A DNA stretch of 43,393 nt from Candidatus Micrarchaeota archaeon (lineage in GTDB: Archaea; Micrarchaeota; Micrarchaeia; Micrarchaeales; CABMGC01). The notes beneath the pieces are model-generated. The model was not told the origin of the DNA, made no database searches, and saw only the letters and a program-made list of their open reading frames with translations. The stretch covers positions 8,145 to 51,537 of the forward strand of contig JAGDYD010000003.1 in NCBI GenBank assembly GCA_023256515.1, read 5' to 3'. This document shows positions 35,356-43,393 of this stretch, one piece after another (position 1 is the first letter of the stretch; each line of letters starts with the position of its first letter). The position numbers were made by a program, and so were the translations under genes.

Positions 35356-35405
35356 AAAAGTTTGCAAATATTTTTATTAAAAAAGTTTGCAAATATTTTT
35401 ATTAA
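35356..35405. repeat. perfect 2 x 25 bp tandem direct repeat (AAAAGTTTGCAAATATTTTTATTAA) in the GH/sod divergent intergenic region
   Basis: 35356-35380 and 35381-35405 are identical base for base. Each unit carries the palindrome TTTGCAAA and a TATA-like TTTTTATTAA. Confidence 0.95.
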
Positions 35406-35434
35406 TTTAAAAATTAATTTTGAATGATGATTTA

Positions 35435-36046
35435 ATGGATTTGAAAAAATACGAATTGCCTAATCTGCCTTATAGTTTGGACGCTCTTGAGCCATATATA
35501 AGCAAAGACATAATGGATGTGCATTATAATGGTCACCATAAAGCTTATGTTAACGGTGCAAATGCTACTATAGACAAGATAAATTCAATAGTGAAAGGTG
35601 AAACTAAAGGCTATGATCTGGCTGGTGTTGTAAGGAACCTGGTATTTAATGTAAATGGTCACAAGTTGCACAGCCTGTTTTGGCGAGCAATGGCTCCTAG
35701 CGGAAAGGGAGGTGGCAAGCCTGGCGGCATTCTTGGCGATATGATAGAAAAGCAATACGGGAGCTTCGATACATTTAAGCAGCTTTTTACAGATTCTATG
35801 AAATCCCTTACAGGAACTGGCTGGACAGTATTGCTTTTTGACAAAGAAACAGGTAGGCTAGAAATCTCAACAATAGAAAACCACTTCATAAACCACATAG
35901 CAGAGCTTCCAATAGTTCAAATAGTTGATGAATTTGAGCACGCATATTATCTGCAATACAAAAACAACAGGAATGCATACATAGATGCATGGTGGAATGT
36001 AGTCAATTGGGACTTCTCAGAAGAGGTACTGAAGAGATATCTCTAA
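35435..36046 (+). CDS. sod: Fe/Mn superoxide dismutase
   Basis: Motifs: [36 protein letters not shown]...WWNVVNW. I prefer the ATG at 35435 over the in-frame TTG at 35420. Confidence 0.9.
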   Translation: MDLKKYELPNLPYSLDALEPYISKDIMDVHYNGHHKAYVNGANATIDKINSIVKGETKGYDLAGVVRNLVFNVNGHKLHSLFWRAMAPSGKGGGKPGGILGDMIEKQYGSFDTFKQLFTDSMKSLTGTGWTVLLFDKETGRLEISTIENHFINHIAELPIVQIVDEFEHAYYLQYKNNRNAYIDAWWNVVNWDFSEEVLKRYL

Positions 36047-36048
36047 AA

Positions 36049-36063
36049 TTTCTTTTTCTTTTT
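36049..36063 (+). terminator. T-rich tract (TTTCTTTTTCTTTTT) after sod
   Basis: It begins 3 nt after the TAA stop and looks like an archaeal oligo-T terminator. Confidence 0.35.
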
Positions 36064-36116
36064 GATGCTGCATTTTAGCTTATTTTTAAATATCTTGAAA
36101 AGTCTATATTTAATAG

Positions 36117-37154
36117 ATGGAAAAAGAGGGTCTACTCTATAAAACAATTCAAAATAATAGAGCCATATGCAACCTCTGCGCTAGAAGATGCAATATACCA
36201 GAAGGCAGCATAGGCTTTTGTGGGGTTAGGAAAAATATAGGCGGCAAAGTATATTCAACAGTATATGGCAGAATAGCCGCTCTTAATATAGACCCTATAG
36301 AAAAGAAGCCTCTCTTTCACTTCAAGCCTGGTGCAAGAATGCTTAGCCTAGGCACTGTTGGCTGCAATTTCAATTGCTTGTATTGTCAGAATTGGGACAT
36401 AAGTCATACTCGCGAATTGTCTGGTGAAGAAATACTGCCAAAAGAGCTTGTAGATATGGCTATAAATTATGGGGTAGATGGAATAACCTATACTTATAAT
36501 GAGCCAACTATATTTATGGAATATGCAATAGATGTTGCTAAGGAAGCAAGGAAAAAAGGCTTATTCAACACTTTTGTTACAAATGGCTATATGACTCCAG
36601 AAGCAGCTGAGCTGGCATCAAAGTATATAGACGCAATGACTGTAGATTTCAAGGGCAATGCAAATACTCAATTTGCAAGGAAATACATATCAATATTCTC
36701 AGATGACCCTATATTTGAAACATTAAAGGTGCTTAAGAAAAACAAAGTCTTCATAGAAATAACAGATCTTGTTGTGCCTAAGGTGGGAGATTCTATAGAT
36801 GATGCAAAAAGGCTTATAAGCTGGATACTAGAAAATCTAGGTCCAGAAGTACCTATACATTTCTTAAGATTTCATCCTGATTTCAAAATGCTAGATTTGC
36901 CGCTTACTCCAGAAAAAACATTGGTTAAGCATTATAGGCTTGCAAAAGAGATGGGCATGAAGTATGTTTATATTGGGAACATGCCTGGGCATAAATATGA
37001 AAACACATATTGCCCTAAGTGTGGTGCATTGCTTATTAAAAGATTTATATTTGACATACTTGAATATAATATAACAGATGAGCTCAAATGCCCAAGATGT
37101 GGTGAAAAGATAAATATAGTAGTAAAGCCAGAGTTTACATATAGAACTGTATAG
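36117..37154 (+). CDS. amrS: AmmeMemoRadiSam-system radical SAM enzyme
   Basis: 345 aa. The N-terminus ...CNLCARRCNIPEGSIGFCGVRKNIGGKVYS..YG...A..IDPIEKKPLFHF.PG and the CxxxCxxC cluster GCNFNCLYCQNW are typical of this family. It lies directly upstream of AMMECR1. Confidence 0.8.
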   Translation: MEKEGLLYKTIQNNRAICNLCARRCNIPEGSIGFCGVRKNIGGKVYSTVYGRIAALNIDPIEKKPLFHFKPGARMLSLGTVGCNFNCLYCQNWDISHTRELSGEEILPKELVDMAINYGVDGITYTYNEPTIFMEYAIDVAKEARKKGLFNTFVTNGYMTPEAAELASKYIDAMTVDFKGNANTQFARKYISIFSDDPIFETLKVLKKNKVFIEITDLVVPKVGDSIDDAKRLISWILENLGPEVPIHFLRFHPDFKMLDLPLTPEKTLVKHYRLAKEMGMKYVYIGNMPGHKYENTYCPKCGALLIKRFIFDILEYNITDELKCPRCGEKINIVVKPEFTYRTV

Positions 37155-37158
37155 CCTG

Positions 37159-37782
37159 GTGGTTTGTTTGAAAAAGTATACTTTGAAAGAAGGAGAAAAA
37201 CTTGTTAAAGCAGCAAGGAATACTATAGAGCTTTACATAAAGTCGCCTAGATTCAATAAGGAAATAATAGAAAAGTCTCTTTCTGAATTCAATGAGAATG
37301 CTGGTGTATTTGTAACAATAAATCATTATCCTACAATGTCTTTAAGGGGCTGCATTGGCTTCCCTAGGGCTATAGGCCCATTGAAAAAGCTGCTTGTTGA
37401 TGCAGCAATAGCGGCAGCTACCGAAGATCCAAGATTTATACCGCTTACTGTAGATGAGCTCAATGAGGTTATAATAGAAGTAAGTATATTGACTGAGCCT
37501 GAGGAGATAAAAGGAGATGCAGAAGAAATAAAAAAGCAAATAAAGATCGGCAGGGATGGGCTCATAATAGAATATGGCTATTATAGTGGCTTGCTTTTGC
37601 CGATAGTTGCTGTAGAAGAGCATTGGAATGTTGAGGAATTCCTTGAAAACGTTTGCATAAAAGCAGGCCTTGACCCTCAAGCGTGGAAAAGAAGCGGAGC
37701 TACTTTATACAAGTTTCAAACACAGGTATTTAGAGAAGAAGAGCCAAATGGAAAGGTAATAGAGGTAAAGATGGAGCAATGA
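37159..37782 (+). CDS. amrA: AMMECR1 domain protein
   Basis: 207 aa with GVFVTINHYP..SLRGCIGFP and PRF...T.DEL. The start is either GTG 37159 or TTG 37168, the latter with a GGTGG SD 5 nt upstream. Confidence 0.85.
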   Translation: MVCLKKYTLKEGEKLVKAARNTIELYIKSPRFNKEIIEKSLSEFNENAGVFVTINHYPTMSLRGCIGFPRAIGPLKKLLVDAAIAAATEDPRFIPLTVDELNEVIIEVSILTEPEEIKGDAEEIKKQIKIGRDGLIIEYGYYSGLLLPIVAVEEHWNVEEFLENVCIKAGLDPQAWKRSGATLYKFQTQVFREEEPNGKVIEVKMEQ

Positions 37783-38849
37783 GGTTCATATTATTAGTAG
37801 ATATGGACTATTTTTATGCAGCTTGCGAAGAGCTGAGGAATCCTAGCTTAAAGGATAAGCCAGTAGTTGTTGGTGCAGATCCAAAAAATGGAAGTGGCAG
37901 AGGGGTTGTAAGTACTTGCAACTACATAGCTAGAAAATATGGAATTAAGAGTGGCATGCCAATCTCTATGGCTTATAAGCTCAAAAAAGACGCTATCTTT
38001 TTGCCTGTAGATGAAGCATACTATGAAAGCGTGTCTTCTAAGATAATGTCTTTGCTTAAAAGCTATGCAGGTAAATTCGAGCAGGTAAGCATAGATGAGG
38101 CTTTTTTAGATATCTCTAGCAAAGTAAATAGCTTTGAAGAAGCATATGATTATGCAAAGAAAGTAAAAGAGGCAGTTTCTTCAAGCTTTAATCTTCCTTG
38201 TTCGGTTGGCATAGGTCCTAACAAGCTCATAGCCAAGATGGCTTGTGAGGCAGCAAAGCCTAATGGAATAAAGCTAGTTAGAGAAGACGAAATAAAGCAG
38301 TTTCTTTCAGAGCTTCCTATAGAAAAGCTATATGGTGTTGGCAAGAAAAGTGCCGAGAAGCTCAAAAGCATGGGTTTTGAAAAAATAAAAGACCTTGCAA
38401 AAGCCAATAAGCAAATGCTAATAAACGAATTTGGCTCTTTTGGGCTTGAATTGTATAATCATGCTAACGGCATAGACGAAGAAGAGGTTGTTGAAAGCTA
38501 CGATTCGAAATCTATAGGCAGGGAGCATACCTTTGAGTTTGATACTGATGACGAAAGCCAAATAGAAAGAGAAATAGAAAAGCTGGCTGAAGAGGTATTT
38601 GAAGAAACAAAGAAAAATGGCTTTTATTTCAAGACCATTACTCTAAAGCTCAGAAACAAAAATTTTGAAGAGCATTTATACAGTAAAAATATAGGCCATT
38701 ATATGCAAGATCTGGAAAGGCTAAAAAAAGAATCCATAGCTATATTTGAAGCAAATAACAGGAAGGAGAAAATAAGGAAGATAGGTTTAAGGGTTTCTGG
38801 CCTTATTAAAAGCAAGGGCCAAAGAAAAATAAACGAATTTATTGGCTAG
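37779..38849 (+). CDS. dinB: Y-family DNA polymerase IV (DinB/Dpo4)
   Basis: 356 aa. Motifs: LLVDMDYFYAACEE, SIDEAFLDIS, HhH region LYGVGKKSAEKL. ATGA overlap with the AMMECR1 stop. Confidence 0.9.
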   Translation: MRFILLVDMDYFYAACEELRNPSLKDKPVVVGADPKNGSGRGVVSTCNYIARKYGIKSGMPISMAYKLKKDAIFLPVDEAYYESVSSKIMSLLKSYAGKFEQVSIDEAFLDISSKVNSFEEAYDYAKKVKEAVSSSFNLPCSVGIGPNKLIAKMACEAAKPNGIKLVREDEIKQFLSELPIEKLYGVGKKSAEKLKSMGFEKIKDLAKANKQMLINEFGSFGLELYNHANGIDEEEVVESYDSKSIGREHTFEFDTDDESQIEREIEKLAEEVFEETKKNGFYFKTITLKLRNKNFEEHLYSKNIGHYMQDLERLKKESIAIFEANNRKEKIRKIGLRVSGLIKSKGQRKINEFIG

Positions 38850-39777
38850 CTTTTTGCTGCTCATATTTAAGCTTGCCAATATAATCTCTAACCCTCAATG
38901 CAGCCATAACTCCTGTACCTGCAGCTGTTATTGCCTGCCTATAATAATGGTCTGCAACATCTCCTGCAGCAAAAACTCCTTCTACATTTGTAAAGACTAC
39001 ATCATGAGTAACTATATAGCCATTCTGGTCAAGATCTATCTGGCCTGCAAATATCTCTGTGTTTGGCTTATGGCCTATTGCTATGAAAACACCATCTATT
39101 GGCATCTCAATTATTTCATTAGTTGCTACATTTCTAAGCTTTACCCCTGTTACCTTTGTGTCTCCTTTTATCTCTTCAACTACTGTATTCCAAATGAATT
39201 TTATTTTAGGGTTTGAAAAAGCCCTTTCTTGCATTATCTTGCTTGCCCTAAGCTGGTCTCTCCTATGCACTATGGTTACGCTATTTGCAAACCTAGTAAG
39301 GAATATACCATCTTCTAATGCTGTGTCTCCACCTCCTACTACTATGACATTCTTATTTCTGAAGAATGCTCCATCGCATGTTGCACAGCTAGATACACCT
39401 CTTCCTATAAACTTTTTTTCTGACTCAAGGCCAAGCCATTTTGATGATGCGCCTGTTGCTATTATTACCGAATTGGCTTCATAAAGCTGTTCACCTACCC
39501 ATATCTTGAAAGGTCTAGAAGAAAAATCAACTTTAGTTACATCTCCATCTACAAATCTAGTACCAAATTTCTCGGCTTGCTTCCTCATCAAATCTATGAG
39601 CTCAGCTCCATCCACTCCATCTGGGAATCCTGGAAAATTCTCTACTGTTGTGGTTAAAAGCAGCTGTCCACCAGCTGATGTCCCAGATATGACTAATGGC
39701 TTTATCTCATCCCTAGCAGCATATATTGCGGCGCTAAGTCCAGCAGGTCCAGAACCTAATATTATTAAGTCTTCCAT
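38839..39777 (-). CDS. trxB: thioredoxin-disulfide reductase
   Basis: Motifs: GSGPAGLSAAIYAAR, redox CATCDG, GGGDTALEDG, GVFAAGDV. The ATG at 39777 has a perfect GGTGAT SD 3 nt upstream. The track start at 39843 would overlap the pilin gene. Confidence 0.9.
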   Translation of the reverse strand: MEDLIILGSGPAGLSAAIYAARDEIKPLVISGTSAGGQLLLTTTVENFPGFPDGVDGAELIDLMRKQAEKFGTRFVDGDVTKVDFSSRPFKIWVGEQLYEANSVIIATGASSKWLGLESEKKFIGRGVSSCATCDGAFFRNKNVIVVGGGDTALEDGIFLTRFANSVTIVHRRDQLRASKIMQERAFSNPKIKFIWNTVVEEIKGDTKVTGVKLRNVATNEIIEMPIDGVFIAIGHKPNTEIFAGQIDLDQNGYIVTHDVVFTNVEGVFAAGDVADHYYRQAITAAGTGVMAALRVRDYIGKLKYEQQKASQ

Positions 39778-39842
39778 AGCATCACCAAAATTTGATATAA
39801 TAATATGATTATACAATTCAATTATAATAAGCTTTTTGTGCA

Positions 39843-40355
39843 TCAGGTTGCTTTAATAACTACAGAACCGTAAACGGTTTGTGGAAAGCCTGTAACATCA
39901 TCAGTATAGTTTAATATTAAATATCCTTTGTACAAAGAGCCAGCATGTGAAGGCGCCCCTTGGCAAGATACACTTATAGTAGAGGTGCCTCCTATAGGCA
40001 AATAAATCTGATTTGATGGCGGATTATTTGGGGTTTGCATATTCAAAAAAGTCTCATTTTTGGAGCAGCCTATTGCTGTTATATTTATTGGGTCATTCAA
40101 TGCGTTCTTTATTGTTAAAGTAAGTGTTCCACTAGTTGTAAGCGAGTCTGGATTGCATCCAAAGCCGGAAGGAAGAACACATAAATTGGTAACATATACA
40201 TTTGGCTTGAACAAGCCTATCTCAAATAGAACAGATAGCACTATGCCTATTATCAAAATTGCCCAGCCATAAGTCATCAAGTATTCCATTGCGCTTTGCG
40301 CCTTGTGCCTCTTGCCTTCAATGTAACTTTTGTAATTTTGTGCCATTTTCATCAT
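39843..40355 (-). CDS. archaeal type IV pilin-like protein (class III signal peptide)
   Basis: KRHKAQSAMEYLMTYGWAILIIGIVLSVLF is the typical K/R-(G/A)-Q-S-x-x-E-Y-L prepilin-peptidase site followed by a hydrophobic helix. The mature part has sequons (NIT, NET, NYT) and 4 Cys. Confidence 0.8.
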   Translation of the reverse strand: MMKMAQNYKSYIEGKRHKAQSAMEYLMTYGWAILIIGIVLSVLFEIGLFKPNVYVTNLCVLPSGFGCNPDSLTTSGTLTLTIKNALNDPINITAIGCSKNETFLNMQTPNNPPSNQIYLPIGGTSTISVSCQGAPSHAGSLYKGYLILNYTDDVTGFPQTVYGSVVIKAT

Positions 40356-40450
40356 TCTAATTTTAAAAAGTAAACAAATAATAACTTTAATTCTTTGGCA
40401 AGCCGAATAAATATTTAAAACTCTCTTTCATAATAAATAGCGGCGACCAA

Positions 40451-41419
40451 ATGTACCTAGACCTTCCTGAAGGAAAGATAGCATTAGACGAAAAAGACAA
40501 AGATGCAGATTTAATTTTTATATCGCATGCCCATTCAGACCATATACGCGGCGCAAAATCCGGCAAAAGAATAATTGCAAGCAAAGAAACAGAAGAACTT
40601 ATAAAAGCAAGGAACAATATAAGCATAAACTTAAGTGATGAAAGCAGATTTACTCTTCTAAATGCTGGCCACATACTGGGATCAAAGCAAATATATATCG
40701 AATCATCTTTGGGCTACTCTATTCTATATACTGGAGATTACCAACTTCAAGAATCATGCGTTGCACCAAAAATAGAGCATAAGAAATCAGATGTGCTTAT
40801 AATAGACTCTACCTATCCATATATGAATGTAAAGTTTGATGATAGGGAAGAAGTTGAGGAATCAATAAAGAAATATGTATCATGTAAGCTTGAAAAAGGC
40901 ATAGTTTTATTTAATTCCTATTCGCTTGGCAAAGCCCAGGAACTAATAAAAATAATGAATGAAATAGGCATATTGCCAGTTGTAGACAAAACAATAAGCA
41001 AAGTGAACAAAGTATACAACTCTTTCGGAGCAAACTTGGAGTATGTCTCTATATATGATAATGAGGAAGAATTCAACTCAATAGTAAAAAACAATTTTGT
41101 TGGGATAGTAAGTACTAGCAATTTTGAAGAACTTGCAAGGAATGTGGGTATAGCTTATAGGAAGAGGGTTTTTACAGCCGTTGCGACAGGCTTTGCCAAG
41201 ATATTCAAATTCAATACGAATGTGCAGTTTGCACTTAGCGATCATGCAGACATATACCAAGCTGTTGAATACATAAATATGGTGGAGCCAAAAGTAGTAT
41301 ATACTTATGGCCCAAACTCAAGGCTAATGTCTGCAAACTTATCAAAGTTTGGCATTTCTTCTACGCCCTTCTCAGAAGCAAAGCAAATAAGCATTGCAAA
41401 AAACAAAGAGCGCTTATGA
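40451..41419 (+). CDS. small metallo-beta-lactamase-fold, beta-CASP-like nuclease
   Basis: 322 aa. Motifs: HxHxDH (ISHAHSDH), NAGHILGS, YTGD, IDSTY, and C-terminal SDHAD. The size and motifs resemble SNM1-like or ligase-associated exonucleases. Confidence 0.55.
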   Translation: MYLDLPEGKIALDEKDKDADLIFISHAHSDHIRGAKSGKRIIASKETEELIKARNNISINLSDESRFTLLNAGHILGSKQIYIESSLGYSILYTGDYQLQESCVAPKIEHKKSDVLIIDSTYPYMNVKFDDREEVEESIKKYVSCKLEKGIVLFNSYSLGKAQELIKIMNEIGILPVVDKTISKVNKVYNSFGANLEYVSIYDNEEEFNSIVKNNFVGIVSTSNFEELARNVGIAYRKRVFTAVATGFAKIFKFNTNVQFALSDHADIYQAVEYINMVEPKVVYTYGPNSRLMSANLSKFGISSTPFSEAKQISIAKNKERL

Positions 41420-42868
41420 CAATATCTTATCTAGCGCAGGATATCCTTCAAGCATGTGCTGCTGTTCAAGCTGCTGGTAAAGCATGTACATTATACCGAC
41501 TGTAAGCAGTATTCCCATGCCTGTGCCTACTGCTCCTGTAAGGGTTGCAAGCGCAGCAAGAAGCCCTACAATAACGCTTCCTAGCACTGTTATTGTAGGT
41601 ATATATTTGTTCAATACACTTTCTATTATTCTTGGATCCCTTCTAAATCCTGGTATCTGCCAACCAATCTCTTGAAGTTGCTCTGCGACTGTCTTTGGAT
41701 TTTGCCCTGTCATTTCAATCCAGAACTTTCCAAATACTATGCATAGAAGTATTAGGACAACAGTATATACTATTACATGAACCCATTCAGGGACAAAAAC
41801 AAAACCTCCCCAAGGCAAGTAGAGCTGTGTTTTGAATGTTGCAAGGTATGTAAAGTAAGTAGCATAGCTGCCTATGCCTCCATATTGTGCAGCATAAGGC
41901 AAAGGAAAGCTTGGTGATATCAAGTAAAGCAATCCGCCGCTAAGCTGAGGAGTACCTGTAGAAGAAGGAGTATATAGTGCTATAAATTTGGCCAAGTTTG
42001 CTAGACTTCCTCCAACCCCAGCAAGGAATCTAAACCATACATCAAGGCTTAATTCAAACGAAGTTGCAAGTATGACCGGCAAAACGCTTACATAAAGAAG
42101 AGGTATTGGCAGTCTTCCTCCAACGCCTCTAAACTGACTAAATACCAATGGAAGCTCTACCTTCATGTCATATACATATATGCTTATCAAAAATACAATT
42201 ATTGCAAAAAACAGTGGCCCAAAAGCCATTATGGCATTTGGTATAGCCCCTGCACCTCCGCTTGCTATTGCACTTGCCGCTTCAGGGAATAATATCGAGA
42301 TTGTACCTGCTATTATTGAATATGCAACGCCTCCAGCTATGAATAAGTTTATTCCCGAGGTTAAGCCATATTTTGTCATCATTTCGTCAAGAAATATAAT
42401 CACAATGGCTCCAAATGCCAATTGGGCTGCAACTATCCAAAAAAGCGAATTGTTCAGTATGGGCACGTATCCTGTAGAAGTAAATATTACTGCCTCAACG
42501 ATTGCAATTATTATTGCAGTAAGCTTCTGTATGCTTTGGAATCTTCCTTTCTGCTCCATGTCATTAGTATCAAGCTTTATCAAGCCGGCCCCCATAAGAA
42601 GCTGCAGCAATATGCTTGCAAGCACTATTGGACCTATACCTACCGTTATGAGGCTTCCGATCCTTGCAGCAAAAACAATGCTCATGAGCTGGAAAAGGCC
42701 GCTGCTTATTGTTACCATGTTTACTCCGTATGCTGGTATGCTAAAAAGCAGAAAATAAACAGTCATTATCATTCCAGTCCATTTGAGCTTATCTTTGAAG
42801 CCCATAGGCCCTTCAGGCTTCTTTATTGAAGGTATAAATTTAAGTATTGCATCTAACTTTTCAATCAT
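41414..42868 (-). CDS. secY: protein translocase subunit SecY
   Basis: 484 aa, 10 TM. It has an archaeal SecY N-terminus (...KKPEGPMGFKDKLKWTGMIMTVYFLL) and conserved loops. Confidence 0.9.
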   Translation of the reverse strand: MIEKLDAILKFIPSIKKPEGPMGFKDKLKWTGMIMTVYFLLFSIPAYGVNMVTISSGLFQLMSIVFAARIGSLITVGIGPIVLASILLQLLMGAGLIKLDTNDMEQKGRFQSIQKLTAIIIAIVEAVIFTSTGYVPILNNSLFWIVAAQLAFGAIVIIFLDEMMTKYGLTSGINLFIAGGVAYSIIAGTISILFPEAASAIASGGAGAIPNAIMAFGPLFFAIIVFLISIYVYDMKVELPLVFSQFRGVGGRLPIPLLYVSVLPVILATSFELSLDVWFRFLAGVGGSLANLAKFIALYTPSSTGTPQLSGGLLYLISPSFPLPYAAQYGGIGSYATYFTYLATFKTQLYLPWGGFVFVPEWVHVIVYTVVLILLCIVFGKFWIEMTGQNPKTVAEQLQEIGWQIPGFRRDPRIIESVLNKYIPTITVLGSVIVGLLAALATLTGAVGTGMGILLTVGIMYMLYQQLEQQHMLEGYPALDKILS

Positions 42869-43066
42869 AGAATCAACTAGGATTTAGAATATATAAGATG
42901 GTGAATTTTTAAATACCTATCATCTATGTTTTGAAATATAATTTTTGTAGTTATTGCATCATACTAGTTTTCTGAAGAGCTACTAGAAGAGCTTATAAAA
43001 TTTTTTACAAAAAGAGGTCAGTGGGTATTATGTCCTTTCTTATGTATTGGGAGCATCAGTCGTTTG

Positions 43067-43270
43067 TCAGAATATAGGAAGAAACAGAATTGACATGAAG
43101 ATAAATGGAAAATATGTAGAAATAGATAAACGGAGACCGAAACGTTTCTTTGTGTACTCCAACAAAAAATTAATTTTGTTTGACACTTCCATTGGTCTGA
43201 ATGAATAATAAAAAGCTACAATTATAATTAGCGCGGCTGCAAAGGAGAGCAGCAATGGGAAAAATTTCAT
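43067..43270 (-). CDS. possible small two-TM membrane protein
   Basis: 67 aa with two hydrophobic segments. A TTTATAAAAATA-like TATA lies about 25-35 nt upstream of the ATG. No family recognised. Confidence 0.3.
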   Translation of the reverse strand: MKFFPLLLSFAAALIIIVAFYYSFRPMEVSNKINFLLEYTKKRFGLRLSISTYFPFIFMSILFLPIF

Positions 43271-43319
43271 TATTAGTAAAACTTTTTATTTTTATAAATG
43301 AAAAAGATCAAATGAGATC

Positions 43320-43393
43320 ATGAAGTCCCATATCTTATTAGTAATACTCTTTGGAATCTCATCGCTAGCGTATGCAAAGTGCATAGACATATT
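43320..43393 (+). CDS. 5' end of a gene encoding a signal-peptide protein (truncated by the window end)
   Basis: ATG at 43320 gives MKSHILLVILFGISSLAYAKCIDI..., which is open to the window edge. Confidence 0.3.
   Translation, partial: MKSHILLVILFGISSLAYAKCIDI

Noticed and set aside
35420-35437. TTG start at 35420 for sod, and a 3-codon mini-uORF (ATGATGATTTAA) whose stop overlaps the sod ATG (TAATG)
   Set aside because: The SOD N-terminus aligns best from the ATG at 35435. The mini-uORF lies about where transcription should start and is as likely chance in A/T-rich sequence. It is noted but not claimed.
40387-40674. 95-aa minus-strand ORF overlapping the start of the MBL nuclease gene
   Set aside because: It overlaps the HxHxDH-encoding region of the plus-strand gene and the intergenic promoter region. 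It has no motifs.
42165-42829. 197-aa and 135-aa plus-strand ORFs inside secY
   Set aside because: They are antisense shadows of a highly conserved membrane protein gene. The hydrophobic mirror translation explains their length.
42953-42993. Possible C/D-box sRNA or regulatory repeat in the secY upstream spacer (minus-strand ATGATGC; direct repeat GAAGAGCT-ACTA-GAAGAGCT at 42974-42993)
   Set aside because: The box C match is imperfect. No CTGA box D lies at the right distance on that strand, and there is no terminal stem. The 8-bp direct repeat alone is too short to interpret.
1-43393. Scanned for CRISPR arrays, IS elements/transposases, integrases, toxin-antitoxin pairs and known defence genes
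   Set aside because: No regularly spaced direct repeats, no terminal inverted repeats flanking ORFs, and no recognisable transposase, integrase or defence domains among the translated ORFs.

Overview
AT-rich (about one-third G+C by eye), very gene-dense archaeal chromosomal segment with about 47 protein genes and one tRNA. Spacers are short, 4-nt start/stop overlaps are frequent, and many starts are preceded by GGTGAT-type Shine-Dalgarno sequences. The content is mostly core housekeeping: both subunits of the archaea-specific D-family DNA polymerase, a family-B polymerase, thermosome, RpoP, a histone-fold protein, HisRS, PheRS alpha/beta, SecY, the adk-DUF106-L34e-cmk-L14e block, AglB oligosaccharyltransferase with a GT4 glycosyltransferase, thioredoxin/thioredoxin reductase/SOD, and Met aminopeptidase. 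Scattered among these are DNA-repair genes (Ku plus a minimal ATP-dependent ligase, DinB/Dpo4, a pyrimidine-dimer glycosylase, a small beta-CASP/MBL nuclease, TatD). There are also envelope genes (archaeal type IV pilin-like protein, DUF929 protein, secreted sequon-rich proteins, a clan GH-A glycosidase). This gene mix would fit a small-genome (DPANN/ARMAN-like) or euryarchaeal lineage, but the window alone cannot fix taxonomy. I see no CRISPR array, IS/transposase, integrase, prophage or recognisable defence island, and I cannot honestly point to a large novel multi-gene system. The items most worth a second look are: (1) a tRNA-Arg(UCU) with a 13-nt intron at the non-canonical 59/60 T-loop position; (2) a single-repeat (half-size) TBP-domain gene directly downstream of a pyrimidine-dimer DNA glycosylase gene; (3) pheT, whose conserved N-terminus can only be reached from an ATA codon that has a perfect SD and overlaps the pheS stop; (4) a DUF929 CxxC exoprotein paired with a small CGC membrane protein; (5) a bacterial-type Ku-ligase operon; (6) an AglB with a roughly 200-aa N-terminal extension; (7) a perfect 2 x 25 bp tandem duplication of a palindrome-plus-TATA module upstream of sod; (8) a radical-SAM/AMMECR1/DinB translationally coupled trio.
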